NCBI RefSeq assembly: GCF_903837595.1
Contig: NZ_CAILVI010000494.1
Coordinates: 2,551-66,550 of the forward strand
Source: an uncultured Thiodictyon sp.
Lineage (GTDB): Bacteria; Pseudomonadota; Gammaproteobacteria; Chromatiales; Chromatiaceae
Direction of reading: 5' to 3'
Length of the DNA stretch: 64,000 nucleotides
Below, piece by piece: positions 8,801 to 18,170 of the stretch. Position 1 is the first letter of the stretch. Each line of letters begins with the position of its first letter. A program made the position numbers and the translations under genes. The notes under the pieces are model-generated. The model was not told the DNA's origin and did no database searches. It saw only the letters and a program-made list of their open reading frames with translations.

Positions 8801-11299
8801 TGGGCTTGGGGGGAGAACGCGCATGGTCAGCTTGGCAACGGTCAGCTTGGTGACGTCATAACCGCGAGTCAGTTGACTCCAGTCAAGATACTCACGGGAG
8901 TCGCGGCCGTGGCGGCCGGTGCCTATCACACCCTGGCCCTCACGACCGACGGCAAGCTTTGGGCCTGGGGTTGGAACTGGTGTGGCCAAGTCGGCGACGG
9001 AACGACCACGGATCAGCCGAGCCCCGTTCTCATCCTGACCGGGGTCGCGGCCATGGCGGCAGGTGCTTACCATACATTGGCCATCAGGACTGATGGCAGC
9101 CTCTGGGCCTGGGGGAATAACACCTATGGTCAGCTCGGTGGCGCCACGAACTACGACAATCAAGCGACTCCGATCCAGGTCCTGAGCGGGTTTGCGGCCG
9201 TGGCAGCCGGTAGTAATTACAGCCTGGCACTCACGCCTGATGGCAGCCTGTGGGCCTGGGGGTACAACGGGGCTGGCGCACTCGGCGATGGTTCAACCAC
9301 GTATCGAGGCACTCCGGTCCAGGTTCTAAGCGGGGTTGCGGCCGTGGCGGCCGGTGCTGCTCATACCCTGGCGCTGAAGCCCGACGGCAGCCTGTGGGCA
9401 TGGGGTTGGAATGCATATGGCCAACTCGGCGACGGCACGACCACGAATCGTCTGAGTCCGTTGCAGGCGCTTAGCGGGGTCGCGGCGGTAGCGGGCGGCT
9501 CTAGCGCTCACACCCTGGTCCTCACGACCGACGGTAAGCTCTGGGCTTGGGGTTCGAATGCGTATGGCCAACTCGGCGACGGCACCACCACGGATAACGC
9601 CAATCCGGGAAAGGTCCTCGGGATCGGTCAGATGCCCGACTTCGTGGTTACCGGGATTTCGTTGCCGCTCGGCAGCCCGAGTGTCAACGGTTATTTCGAT
9701 GTCGATGTCACGGTCAAGAACCAGGGTACGGCGGCCGGGGAGCCGCGGACCCTCCAGGTCTGGGCCGACCAGGCGGGCGCCCAACCCTGCGGTGCGGTGG
9801 GGGATCAAACGAGCACCCTGTCGCCCCTGGCGGTGGGCGCGATCCGGACGGTCAGCTTCAGCGGCCTGTCGGCGGGTGCGGCTGGGGCCAAGACCCTGCG
9901 CGCCTTCATCAACAGCGCCTGTTCGGCTGCGGAGAGCGACACCACCAACAATCAGACCACCCAGCCCTATACGGTCGTGGCACCCGATTTCATCGTGACC
10001 GGCGTCACCCTGACTCCAGCCAGCCCAAGCGCCAACGGCACCTTCAGTGCCGCGGTGACGGTGACGAACCAGGGTACGGCTGCCGGCAATCCGGGGGCAC
10101 TCCAGGTCTGGGGCGACCAGACCGGCGCGCAGTTCTGCGGCGCCGTGGGTGACCAATCGGCTGCTCTGCCGAGCCTCGCGGTTGGCGAGAGCCAGACCGT
10201 CACGGTCACCGGTCTGCCCGCAGGTGTCGCCGGCGCCAAGACCCTGCGGGCCTTCGTTGACAGCGCCTGCCAGGCGTCAGAGGCCAACGAGACTAACAAT
10301 CAGTACGCCAAGGCCTATCCGGTATTCGGCCCCTCGGCGGTCGAAGAATGTCAACAGTTCGGCACCGTCCCCGTGATGCAAGGGGAATATAGTGTCCAGA
10401 ACAATGTGTGGAACGCGACGACTACCCAATGTGTAAAGGTCGACCCGACGGTCGCGGGTTTCGCGGTGTCACAATCGGCGCACAATGCCACCACGGTCGC
10501 TTCTTACCCATCGATTTTTCGGGGATGCCATTGGGCCACTTGTACGACCAATAGCGGCATGCCGGTGGCGATCGGCAGGATCGCCAGGGCGCCCTTTAGC
10601 TGGAGCGTCACGCCCGCGCCCTCCGTCACCGGAAATATCGCGGCCGAGGCCTGGTTCAGTCCTCGCCAGGCACCGGATGCGCAACTCGGCTATGACGGCG
10701 GCGGCGAATTGATGATTTGGCTCGATTCCAACGGCATGGTGCCAAGCGGTACGCGGGTTGCTACGACGACCATCGGCGGCGCCACCTGGGAGGTCTGGTA
10801 TGACGCACCCAACGCGGGGCGTAACTGGCAGTACATCGCCTACCGGCAGCCGCAGCGGGTGACTGCCGTCAATCTCGATCTCAATGACTTCATTAGGGAT
10901 GCCTTGGCGCGCGGGTATCTGGATCGCTCCTGGTACTTGCATGATCTGGAGGCGGGCGAGGAGATCATGTCGGGTGGTGCCGGCTTCGCGACCGATGCCT
11001 TTTCATTTGTCACCACCAACCTCAACAGCTACGCCATCACCGCCAGCGCCGCGCCCGCAGCAGGCGGCGTGGCAAGCTGTACGCCCAACCCGGTGGACGA
11101 GGGCAGCACGAGCCTCTGTGCGGCCACCGCCAACCCCGGTTATGGCTTCGCCGGTTGGCGCGGGGACTGCGCGGGCCAAGCCGGAAGGACTTGCACCTTG
11201 AGCAACATCACTGCCGCGAAGGCCGTCACGGCGACTTATGTCGATATGGCGCAGGCACTGCCCGGCCGCGCCGGTTGGCGCGCAGTTGTGGGACCATGA
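5837..11299 (+). CDS. Giant mosaic surface or secreted protein: RCC1 repeats, 4 CARDB, RCC1 repeats, 2 CARDB, GH12-like domain, InlB B-repeat-like domain
   Basis: Two RCC1 blocks (repeated GxLWAWGxNxxGQLGDGTT), each opening with GGNADMRRLAAG. Six CARDB-like units (PDFVV..L.P.SPS.NGTF...VTVTNQG...NNQ). GH12-like segment with GGGELMIWLD and LEAGEEIMSGGAGF. C-terminal GYGFAGWRGDC InlB-B-repeat-like unit. The listed start is a TTG; the true start is uncertain (see finding). Confidence 0.8.
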   Translation: MAAPWCGRNSLAVAATPAVTEQALRDRVSIAGWVQVRVDLNAPAGAAVPPLPADWDQAAQDLLLGLTAGSYDSPLHVPGEASLTVRVNATALNQLLTSPLVAAVAAGGNADMRRLAAGNVHSLFIDATGDLWAWGDNWYGQLGDNTTTNRESPVHVLTDVAAVAAGTFHSLAIKTDGSLWAWGNNANGELGHDTGINSLVPVQIMTGVVAVAAGHNHTLAIKSDGSLWAWGSNTCGKLGIATSTGLPAQVMTGVAAVAGGAPYTLAVKTDGSLWAWGCNLAGSLGDGTTTDSLIPIKVLTGVANVTSGGGDSFAVMTDGKLLAWGANNSGQVGDGTITTSPNPIEVLTGVVAATGGKQDHTLALKTDGSLWAWGSNAVGQLGVGAFDNGIHPTTPVQVMTGIAAMAAGGFHSLALTTDGQLLAWGFNPGGQLGDGTTIDRSSPGGVRRFGQLPDFVVASVLLTPGSPSINGTFSADVTVTNQGMVVGEPGTLQIWANESAPQGCPALGDQAATLRRLAVDESQTVTFSLSSGVGGPKMLRAFINSDCSVAEADTTNNQTVQSYTVVAPDFVVTAVTLTPSSPSANGTLDAAVTVTNQGMAPGNPGTLRVWADQTDAQFCGAVGDQSATLPSLAVGESQTITVSGLPAGVAGAKTLRAFIDSQCQTTESDETNNQQATPYTVVPQDIDLAVSAVVLKPRSPVPGGTFDVSVTVTNKGTVATASGALLQVWADQSAVQDCGAIGDQSATLPSLAAGASQSVTFTGLPAGALGAKTLRAFVDSACATPETEEANNQSATAYHVSAPAPDFSVSEIVVNPHTAPVNGTFEAKITVTNGGTADGAAGTLQVWADQPAVQTCGAVGDQSVALPTLAAGASQTFTVTGLPAGALGVKSLRAFVDSACLTAETDETDNQTVIGYPGGNADMRRLAAGWGQSLFIDAAGDLWAWGQGVAVGDGTWNNRSNPVRVLTGVATVVSGEAHTVALKTDGSLWAWGENAHGQLGNGQLGDVITASQLTPVKILTGVAAVAAGAYHTLALTTDGKLWAWGWNWCGQVGDGTTTDQPSPVLILTGVAAMAAGAYHTLAIRTDGSLWAWGNNTYGQLGGATNYDNQATPIQVLSGFAAVAAGSNYSLALTPDGSLWAWGYNGAGALGDGSTTYRGTPVQVLSGVAAVAAGAAHTLALKPDGSLWAWGWNAYGQLGDGTTTNRLSPLQALSGVAAVAGGSSAHTLVLTTDGKLWAWGSNAYGQLGDGTTTDNANPGKVLGIGQMPDFVVTGISLPLGSPSVNGYFDVDVTVKNQGTAAGEPRTLQVWADQAGAQPCGAVGDQTSTLSPLAVGAIRTVSFSGLSAGAAGAKTLRAFINSACSAAESDTTNNQTTQPYTVVAPDFIVTGVTLTPASPSANGTFSAAVTVTNQGTAAGNPGALQVWGDQTGAQFCGAVGDQSAALPSLAVGESQTVTVTGLPAGVAGAKTLRAFVDSACQASEANETNNQYAKAYPVFGPSAVEECQQFGTVPVMQGEYSVQNNVWNATTTQCVKVDPTVAGFAVSQSAHNATTVASYPSIFRGCHWATCTTNSGMPVAIGRIARAPFSWSVTPAPSVTGNIAAEAWFSPRQAPDAQLGYDGGGELMIWLDSNGMVPSGTRVATTTIGGATWEVWYDAPNAGRNWQYIAYRQPQRVTAVNLDLNDFIRDALARGYLDRSWYLHDLEAGEEIMSGGAGFATDAFSFVTTNLNSYAITASAAPAAGGVASCTPNPVDEGSTSLCAATANPGYGFAGWRGDCAGQAGRTCTLSNITAAKAVTATYVDMAQALPGRAGWRAVVGP

Positions 11300-11330
11300 G
11301 CGCAGGGATATGAGACCAGCTGTCAGTCGC

Positions 11331-11852
11331 TTACTGACTCGCGGCCAACTCTGCCGGTGAGATGAGCGTATTGAATTGCTCACACCAGACCACCACCGTT
11401 GCGTAATCACGCACGGCGACTCCCGCCGGGATGGGATAGGCCTGGATACCGGTGAATGACTTGAGCGGCCCCAGGTCGATGAACATGGTCTCCTCCACCC
11501 GCGTATCCGGGTCGACCCCCTTTTGGGGCACCAGATAGAGGTGATACTTGGGTCCGGGGCCGACGGCGAAGTCTTCCCCCAGTTCGATCCGGTCGTCATA
11601 GACGGTGAGCCCCCCGCTGCCGTAATGGATACGGTCAGCGGGATCGGCTTGGACAAAACGTCCGCCGGCCCTGACCGCGTCCGCCCGACCGGGCGTGGCG
11701 GCCGCACTGTCGGCAGCCGACGGCGAGCGGGAATGGGCCGCAAAGTAGTACCCTCCCCCGCTACCCAGGGCTACACCAATCAATAACCCCACCACCAGGT
11801 GCCAGCGTATGGCGGGGTCCGTCGCCGGACCCCGCGGCGCGGACCGGGTCAA
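11331..11852 (-). CDS. DM13 domain-containing protein with N-terminal TM anchor
   Basis: C-terminal region GPGPKYHLYLVP...YATVVVWCEQFNTLISPAEL is typical of DM13. The TTG start overlaps the pntB stop (TTGA). Confidence 0.65.
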   Translation of the reverse strand: MTRSAPRGPATDPAIRWHLVVGLLIGVALGSGGGYYFAAHSRSPSAADSAAATPGRADAVRAGGRFVQADPADRIHYGSGGLTVYDDRIELGEDFAVGPGPKYHLYLVPQKGVDPDTRVEETMFIDLGPLKSFTGIQAYPIPAGVAVRDYATVVVWCEQFNTLISPAELAASQ

Positions 11853-13249
11853 TGCGCGGACCCCTTGAGCGCATTCACCATCCCCTCGATGGTGTCCTTG
11901 GCGTCACCGAAGACCAGCGAGGTATTCTCTCTGTAGAACAGTAGGTTATCCACGCCGGAATAGCCCGGGCGCATGGAGCGCTTGAGGAAGAAGACCTGCC
12001 GTGCCTTGCCCGCCTCCAGGATCGGCATCCCATAGATGGGGCTCGTCTTGTCCTCCTTGGCGGCCGGATTCACCACGTCGTTGGCGCCCACGACCAGGGC
12101 CACGTCGGCGCCCGGGAACTCCGGATTGATCTCGTCCATCTCCAGCACGCGGTCGTAGGGGATGTCGGCCTCCGCCAGCAGCACGTTCATGTGACCAGGC
12201 ATGCGGCCCGCCACCGGGTGGATCGCGAACCTGACCTCCACCCCGCGCGCCTCCAGCTGCTCCATCAGCTCTTTGCATGAGTGCTGGGCCTGTGCCACGG
12301 CCATGCCGTAGCCGGGGATGATGATGACCTTGTTCGCGTCCTCCATCCAATAGACCGCATCCTCCACCGAGGACGACTTGACACCGCGCTGCGCGGCCTG
12401 CGCGCCAGCGCTCGGGTCCCCCGTTTCATCACCGGAGCCGAAGCCGCCGAACACCACGTTGATGATGGAGCGGTTCATCGCCTTGCACATGATGAAGGAG
12501 AGGATGGCGCCGGAGAATCCGACCAGGGCGCCGACGATGATCAACAGGTTGTTGTGCAGAGTGAAGCCCGTGGCCGCCGCCGCCCAGCCCGAGTAGCTGT
12601 TGAGCATGGAGATGACGACCGGCATGTCCGCGCCGCCGATCGGGATGATCAGGGTCACACCGATGACGAAGGCCAGCAGCGTCATGATGGCGAGCGCCCA
12701 CACGGCCCCGGTCATGGCAAAGTGGACGCCCAGCCCGATGGTGGCGATGCCCAACGCGGCATTGAGCAGGTGTTGACCGGTGAACTTGACCGGCGCACCG
12801 CTCAGCAGGCCCTGGAGTTTGCCGAAAGCAATCACGGAACCGGTGCAGGTGATGGCACCGATGATGACACCGGCCGAGAGTTCACCCATCATCACCGCAC
12901 CCGGGTGGCCGGTATTGATAAAGGTGCCGATCGCCACCAGCACCGCCGCCAGACCGACGAAGCTGTGCAGGGCCGCCACCAGTTGGGGCATGGCGGTCAT
13001 CTGGATGCGCATCGCCAGGATGGTGCCGATCACCGCCCCGCCGGCCACGCCGGCGATGATGAAGCCGTAGGAGCGGACCTCATGGCCGAGCAGGGTGGCG
13101 GCCACGGCGATCACCATGCCGAGCATGCCATAGAAATTGCCGCGGCGCGCCGAGGCGGGATGGGTAAGCCCCTTCAACGCGAAGATGAAGAGGATGGCAG
13201 AGACCAGATAGGCCACCGCCTGGGTATTGACAGAGAATTCCATGGGCAT
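11849..13249 (-). CDS. pntB: NAD(P) transhydrogenase subunit beta
   Basis: Full-length PntB-like protein: multi-TM N-terminal half and a C-terminal NADP(H) domain (IIPGYGMAVAQAQH, VGANDVVNPAA). Confidence 0.95.
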   Translation of the reverse strand: MPMEFSVNTQAVAYLVSAILFIFALKGLTHPASARRGNFYGMLGMVIAVAATLLGHEVRSYGFIIAGVAGGAVIGTILAMRIQMTAMPQLVAALHSFVGLAAVLVAIGTFINTGHPGAVMMGELSAGVIIGAITCTGSVIAFGKLQGLLSGAPVKFTGQHLLNAALGIATIGLGVHFAMTGAVWALAIMTLLAFVIGVTLIIPIGGADMPVVISMLNSYSGWAAAATGFTLHNNLLIIVGALVGFSGAILSFIMCKAMNRSIINVVFGGFGSGDETGDPSAGAQAAQRGVKSSSVEDAVYWMEDANKVIIIPGYGMAVAQAQHSCKELMEQLEARGVEVRFAIHPVAGRMPGHMNVLLAEADIPYDRVLEMDEINPEFPGADVALVVGANDVVNPAAKEDKTSPIYGMPILEAGKARQVFFLKRSMRPGYSGVDNLLFYRENTSLVFGDAKDTIEGMVNALKGSAH

Positions 13250-13294
13250 TCCTTAAAGTTGGTTAAGCGTCGGGTGGACCGGGGAGCGACGCCC

Positions 13295-13582
13295 CTACTT
13301 GGCCTTCTTCTTGAACATGGAAAGCATCCGGTGGGTCACCAGGAAACCACCGAAGACATTGATCGAGGCGAGCAGCACGGCGAGAAAGCCGAGCAGCTCG
13401 GTGCCGATGCCGGCCTGCTCGGACCCGGCCACCAGCAGGGCGCCGACCACCACGATGCCGGAGATGGCATTGGTCAGTGCCACCAGTGGGGTATGCAGCG
13501 AGGGCGTGACGCCCCAAATGACGTAATAGCCTATAAAACAGGCCAGTACAAAGACATAGAGGGCAAGCAGCGATTCAGACAT
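13295..13582 (-). CDS. pntAB: NAD(P) transhydrogenase subunit alpha part 2 (membrane)
   Basis: [48 protein letters not shown]; small three-TM protein between pntAA and pntB. Confidence 0.9.
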   Translation of the reverse strand: MSESLLALYVFVLACFIGYYVIWGVTPSLHTPLVALTNAISGIVVVGALLVAGSEQAGIGTELLGFLAVLLASINVFGGFLVTHRMLSMFKKKAK

Positions 13583-13659
13583 GGCATTGGTTTCCGTTGG
13601 GTGCGCCGGGCGCACCGTGGGATTGAGGGTTCCGGCTGCGGCGGTGGGCGCGGCGCGCC

Positions 13660-14745
13660 CTACCCCAGCATTGCCTGCGTGATGTCGTCCTTGCTCAGAT
13701 CCTTCAACACCGGTCCGGCGTCGCCCTTATCGACCATGATCTCGATCAGGTTGAACAGGTTCTTGGCGTAGAAGGCGGAGGCATCGGCGGCCACCATGGA
13801 CGGGTAATTGGTATGGCCCACGATCACCACCCCATGACGCTCCACCACCTGGTCCGCGACGGTCAGCGGGCAGTTACCGCCACCGGCCGCCGCCAGGTCC
13901 ACGATCACCGAGCCCGGGCGCAGGCGCTGCACCACCGCCTCGGTCACCAGCACCGGGGCCGGCCGACAGGGGATCTGCGCGGTGGTGATGATGACATGGG
14001 CCTTGGCCAGTTGGTCGGCCAGGGCCGCCTGCTGGCGCGCCTTGGCCTCGTCGGACAGTTCCTTGGCATAGCCGCCGGTCCCCGCCCCGCTCTCCCCGAG
14101 GTCGAGATCGATCGGCTTGGCGCCGAGCGAGAGGATCTGCTCGCGCGTCTCGGGGCGCACGTCGTAGGCAAAGACCTCGGCACCCAGCCGGCGGGCGGTC
14201 GCAATCGCCTGCAGGCCCGCCACCCCGACCCCCAAGACCACCAGCCGGGCCGGCTTGGCCGAGCCGGCGGAGGTCATCATCATCGGGAAGAAGCGCCCGT
14301 AGCGGGCCGCCGCCTCGATCACCGCCCGGTAGCCGGCGATGTTGGCCTGCGAGGACAGCACGTCCATCGACTGGGCACGCGAGGTCCGGGGCATGCGCTC
14401 CATGGCGAGCACCCGGATACCCTTGGCGCGCATGGCGGCGGCCATCTCGTCCTCACCGCAGGCCTCCATGAGCCCGATATAGATGCCACCCGGGCACATG
14501 GCCGCGACGTCCGCCGCCTCGGGGCGCCTGACCTTGAGCAGCAGGTCGCTGTCGTAGGCGCCGGCGCGATCGGTGAGCCGCGCACCGACCGACTCATAGT
14601 CGGCGTCCGGATAACCGGCCCGCACCCCGGCACCGCGTTCAACCAACACCTCGAAGCCCTTGGCCACGAGCTTCTTGATCACCTCGGGCGTAGACGCGAC
14701 ACGCGCCTCTCCCGCCCGAGTCTCCAGGGGAACCCCGATCTTCAT
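13660..14745 (-). CDS. pntAA: NAD(P) transhydrogenase subunit alpha part 1
   Basis: [17 protein letters not shown] start. Alanine-dehydrogenase-like fold with the [20 protein letters not shown] Rossmann motif. Confidence 0.95.
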   Translation of the reverse strand: MKIGVPLETRAGEARVASTPEVIKKLVAKGFEVLVERGAGVRAGYPDADYESVGARLTDRAGAYDSDLLLKVRRPEAADVAAMCPGGIYIGLMEACGEDEMAAAMRAKGIRVLAMERMPRTSRAQSMDVLSSQANIAGYRAVIEAAARYGRFFPMMMTSAGSAKPARLVVLGVGVAGLQAIATARRLGAEVFAYDVRPETREQILSLGAKPIDLDLGESGAGTGGYAKELSDEAKARQQAALADQLAKAHVIITTAQIPCRPAPVLVTEAVVQRLRPGSVIVDLAAAGGGNCPLTVADQVVERHGVVIVGHTNYPSMVAADASAFYAKNLFNLIEIMVDKGDAGPVLKDLSKDDITQAMLG

Positions 14746-15135
14746 GCTGTTATGTTCCTGTCGGTGTGGGAGGGAGGCCGCCGGCGGGGCGGCATGATTC
14801 GGATCATTATCATGTCGGGGCTCAATGCAGGCAACTACCGGAACCGGGTCCACTGCACGAAGCAGCCCGGTCACCCCGGCCGCGGGCGTCGCTGCCCTGC
14901 ACGCGGCCGAATATGGGCCTTCAGGTGATCACACTCGATCCGGGCCTCAAGACTCCGGCACCGACCCTTGCGGCAGACCGACCGCGGTCCGAGGAGCGGC
15001 CCGCCGGCCGCGCGATGCGCTATGCTTACCCCGTCGAGACCGCCTAAACTTACGAGCATTGCTGCCAGCGGGCGTTGCTGCAAACTTGCTTGGCGCCCAA
15101 GACCCTTTAGATCCGACCGCCGCAGGTGCGCCACC

Positions 15136-17025
15136 ATGTCAGACGCCAACGAACCACTCCCGACCGCCGCGGCGCGCGTTCCTGTATCCGAGCCGGCCGC
15201 GAACGCGCCCAAGCCGACGACCCCAACCACCGATCGGCCGACCGACCGCTCCGCCCCGCCGCGCCGCCGCGAGGGCATCGAGCACTCGTTCCTCGGGGCA
15301 CACATCCCCGAAACCATCGACCGGATGGTCAACGCCAATCTCGCCCGCAGCACGGGGGGCATCTCCCCGGCGGTGCTGGCCATGGCCTATTTCGACTGGC
15401 TGGTGCATCTCGGGCTGGCGCCGGGTAAACAGGCGCTGTTGACCGAAAAGGCCGTCCGTAAAATGGTGCGATTTACCCTGTACGCCGGCGAGTCGATGCA
15501 CGACCACCAGGCACCGCCCTGTATCGAGCCCCTGCCCCAGGATCGGCGGTTCGCCGACCCGGGCTGGCAGCAATGGCCCTATAACCTCATTTATCAGTCA
15601 TTCCTGCTCACCCAGCAGTGGTGGCACAACGCCACCACCGACAACCGCGGAGTCGACAAGCGCAACGAGGCCATCGTCTCATTCGTGACCCGGCAGATTC
15701 TCGATATGTTTTCGCCGGCGAACTCCCCGCTCACCAACCCGGAGATACTCAAGGCCACGATGGAGGAAGGTGGCCAGAACCTGGTCCGCGGCTGGGCCAA
15801 TTTCATGGCCGACATGAAAAGCCAGATCGGCGGCCAACGCCCGGACGACACCATTGAAAGGTTTGTGGTCGGGCGCGATGTCGCGATCACACCCGGGCAG
15901 GTCATCTTCCGCAACCATCTGATCGAATTGATCCAGTATCAGCCAACGACACCGCAGGTCTATGCCGAGCCGGTGCTGATCGTGCCCGCCTGGATCATGA
16001 AGTATTACATTCTCGACCTGTCGCCCCATAATTCTATGATCCGCTATCTGGTGGAGCAGGGGCACACCGTCTTTACCATCTCCTGGATCAATCCGCGCCC
16101 CCAGGACCGTGATCTCGGCATGGATGATTATCTGCAAGCGGGGCTGATGGCGGCGCTGGATGCAGTGAGCGCGGTCCTGCCACATCGCAAGATCCACGCG
16201 GTCGGCTATTGTCTGGGGGGAACCCTGCTCACCATCGCTGCCGCCGCCATGTCGCGCGACGGCGATCACCGCATCAAGACACTGACCCTGCTCGCGGCCC
16301 AGACCGATTTCAGCGAGGCCGGCGAACTACTGTTGTTCATCAACGAAAGCCAGGTGGCGTTTCTGGAAGACATGATGTGGGAGCAAGGCGGCCTGGATGC
16401 CGATCAGATGGCGGGCGCATTCCAGTTGCTGCGCTCCAATGACCTGATCTGGTCGCGCATGGTCCATGACTATCTGTTGGGTCAGCGTCAATCCCAGACC
16501 GACCTCATGGCCTGGAACGCCGATCCAACCCGGATGCCCTTCCGCATGCATTCGGAGTACCTACGCCAGCTTTTCCTCGGCAACAAGGTGGCAAGCGGCC
16601 ATTACAAGGTCAATGATCGCCCCATCGCCATCACCGATATCCGCGCGCCGATCTTTGCCGTCGCCACCGAACAGGACCACATCGCGCCCTGGCGTTCCGT
16701 CTATAAGATCAATCTGTTGACAGACGCCGACGAGGTCACCTTTGTACTCACGAGCGGCGGCCACAATGCTGGCATCGTCAGCGAGCCGGGGCATGCCCGG
16801 CGCCGCTACCAGATGGCCCATCGCAGCGATCGGGATTGCTATATCGATGCCGATACCTGGCAGGCGACGACACCCACCCAGAGTGGCTCCTGGTGGCCGG
16901 CCTGGCAGGGGTGGCTCGCCGAGCATTCGGCTGAACAGCGCGTGGCCCCGCCGCCGCTGGGGGCGCCGGACAAGGGCCTATACCCGATCTGCGCGGCACC
17001 GGGGACCTATGTGTTGGGCACCTGA
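15136..17025 (+). CDS. phaC: Class I-type poly(R)-hydroxyalkanoate synthase
   Basis: About 629 aa from ATG 15136. Lipase-box GYCLGGT, and overall PhaC N-terminal plus alpha/beta-hydrolase layout. Confidence 0.9.
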   Translation: MSDANEPLPTAAARVPVSEPAANAPKPTTPTTDRPTDRSAPPRRREGIEHSFLGAHIPETIDRMVNANLARSTGGISPAVLAMAYFDWLVHLGLAPGKQALLTEKAVRKMVRFTLYAGESMHDHQAPPCIEPLPQDRRFADPGWQQWPYNLIYQSFLLTQQWWHNATTDNRGVDKRNEAIVSFVTRQILDMFSPANSPLTNPEILKATMEEGGQNLVRGWANFMADMKSQIGGQRPDDTIERFVVGRDVAITPGQVIFRNHLIELIQYQPTTPQVYAEPVLIVPAWIMKYYILDLSPHNSMIRYLVEQGHTVFTISWINPRPQDRDLGMDDYLQAGLMAALDAVSAVLPHRKIHAVGYCLGGTLLTIAAAAMSRDGDHRIKTLTLLAAQTDFSEAGELLLFINESQVAFLEDMMWEQGGLDADQMAGAFQLLRSNDLIWSRMVHDYLLGQRQSQTDLMAWNADPTRMPFRMHSEYLRQLFLGNKVASGHYKVNDRPIAITDIRAPIFAVATEQDHIAPWRSVYKINLLTDADEVTFVLTSGGHNAGIVSEPGHARRRYQMAHRSDRDCYIDADTWQATTPTQSGSWWPAWQGWLAEHSAEQRVAPPPLGAPDKGLYPICAAPGTYVLGT

Positions 17026-17049
17026 GTAGCGGCAGGCGCAACCAATCGC

Positions 17050-18081
17050 ATGCTGCCGCTGGCGCTCTTGTTGTTGGGTATCGGGCTATTGCTGACTGGC
17101 ATCAGCCTCTTGTCAGATTCACTCAAGCGCATTGGTGGCCCCAGGTTTCTTCACCTGGCGGCGCGGTATATGACACCGCGCTGGAAGGCACTGTTACTCG
17201 GAGTGGGCGCCGGTGCGGCACTGCAGAGTACATCGGCGGCGATGTTCACTCTGGCGAGCCTCATTTCAGTCGGCAGCGTTACCGCGAGTCAAGCGATGTC
17301 CGTCCTGACCGGTTTCAGTGTCGGCAATTGCCTCATACCTTTTCTGATATCCTTCAAGATCCGGACGGCGGTCTTTTTTCTGGTCGGCGTGTCATCCATC
17401 CTGCTCTATTTCAGCAAGGAAGAGCGGCTGCGAAATGTCCTCAGCGTCGCGTTCGGACTGGGGCTGATATTTCTGGGCATCGAAATGATGCTGGATGGCG
17501 TGCGCCCGTTGCGCGCGGAGCCCTGGTTCGAGCAGGTCCTGGCCGTGGCAGGTGAGTGGCATGGACTGAACATCTTCGTCGGCGTCTTGCTGGGATTCAT
17601 CGTGCAATCCTCGACCGCCGTCGTGGTGGTCGCGATCGGCCTGGCCAAGGGAGATATTCTGACGAGCGAGGAAGTCTTACTGGTTATCTATGGCGCGGCG
17701 CTGGGCTCGACCGCCTTCAAGGCGCTGCTCGGTGCCGCGCTGAGCGGATCAGCACGTCAACTGGTGCGGTTCGAGAATCTCTTCAACGTCACCGGCGCGG
17801 CACTCTTCATTATCTTTTATTATATTGAAATATACCTGCATATCCCGCTGGTCATGGCCTTGATCGCCCGGCTCAGCCCGGATCCCGCATTGCAGGCGGC
17901 CTGGGCTTTTCTGTTATTGAACCTGAGCGCGGCGCTGATTTATATTGCTATTCACGATCCGATTGCCGCGCTACTCGCTCGCCAATTCCCGCCCGCCGCG
18001 AAAGAGGTCGTGATCGTCGTCCCGGCCACACCGGGGCCGGAGTCCAAGGCTTCAGCCTTGGATGGACAGGACCAAGGCTGA
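17050..18081 (+). CDS. Na/Pi-cotransporter-family membrane protein
   Basis: Polytopic protein with the duplicated motif GAGAALQSTSAA / FIVQSSTAVVV, characteristic of the Na/Pi cotransporter II-related family. Confidence 0.5.
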   Translation: MLPLALLLLGIGLLLTGISLLSDSLKRIGGPRFLHLAARYMTPRWKALLLGVGAGAALQSTSAAMFTLASLISVGSVTASQAMSVLTGFSVGNCLIPFLISFKIRTAVFFLVGVSSILLYFSKEERLRNVLSVAFGLGLIFLGIEMMLDGVRPLRAEPWFEQVLAVAGEWHGLNIFVGVLLGFIVQSSTAVVVVAIGLAKGDILTSEEVLLVIYGAALGSTAFKALLGAALSGSARQLVRFENLFNVTGAALFIIFYYIEIYLHIPLVMALIARLSPDPALQAAWAFLLLNLSAALIYIAIHDPIAALLARQFPPAAKEVVIVVPATPGPESKASALDGQDQG

Positions 18082-18170
18082 AGACTTGGACTCCAGAAGA
18101 TGGCAGCTGGCCGGAAAGATGATCAAGTCCTTAGCGCCGTTGGGGGCGTCTCGGACGCAGTAACGATGAC

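Noticed and set aside
5837-11299. Regularly spaced nucleotide repeats that might suggest a CRISPR array or satellite
   Set aside because: The repeats are in frame and translate to RCC1 blades and CARDB domains within one long ORF. There is no short identical-repeat/unique-spacer architecture.
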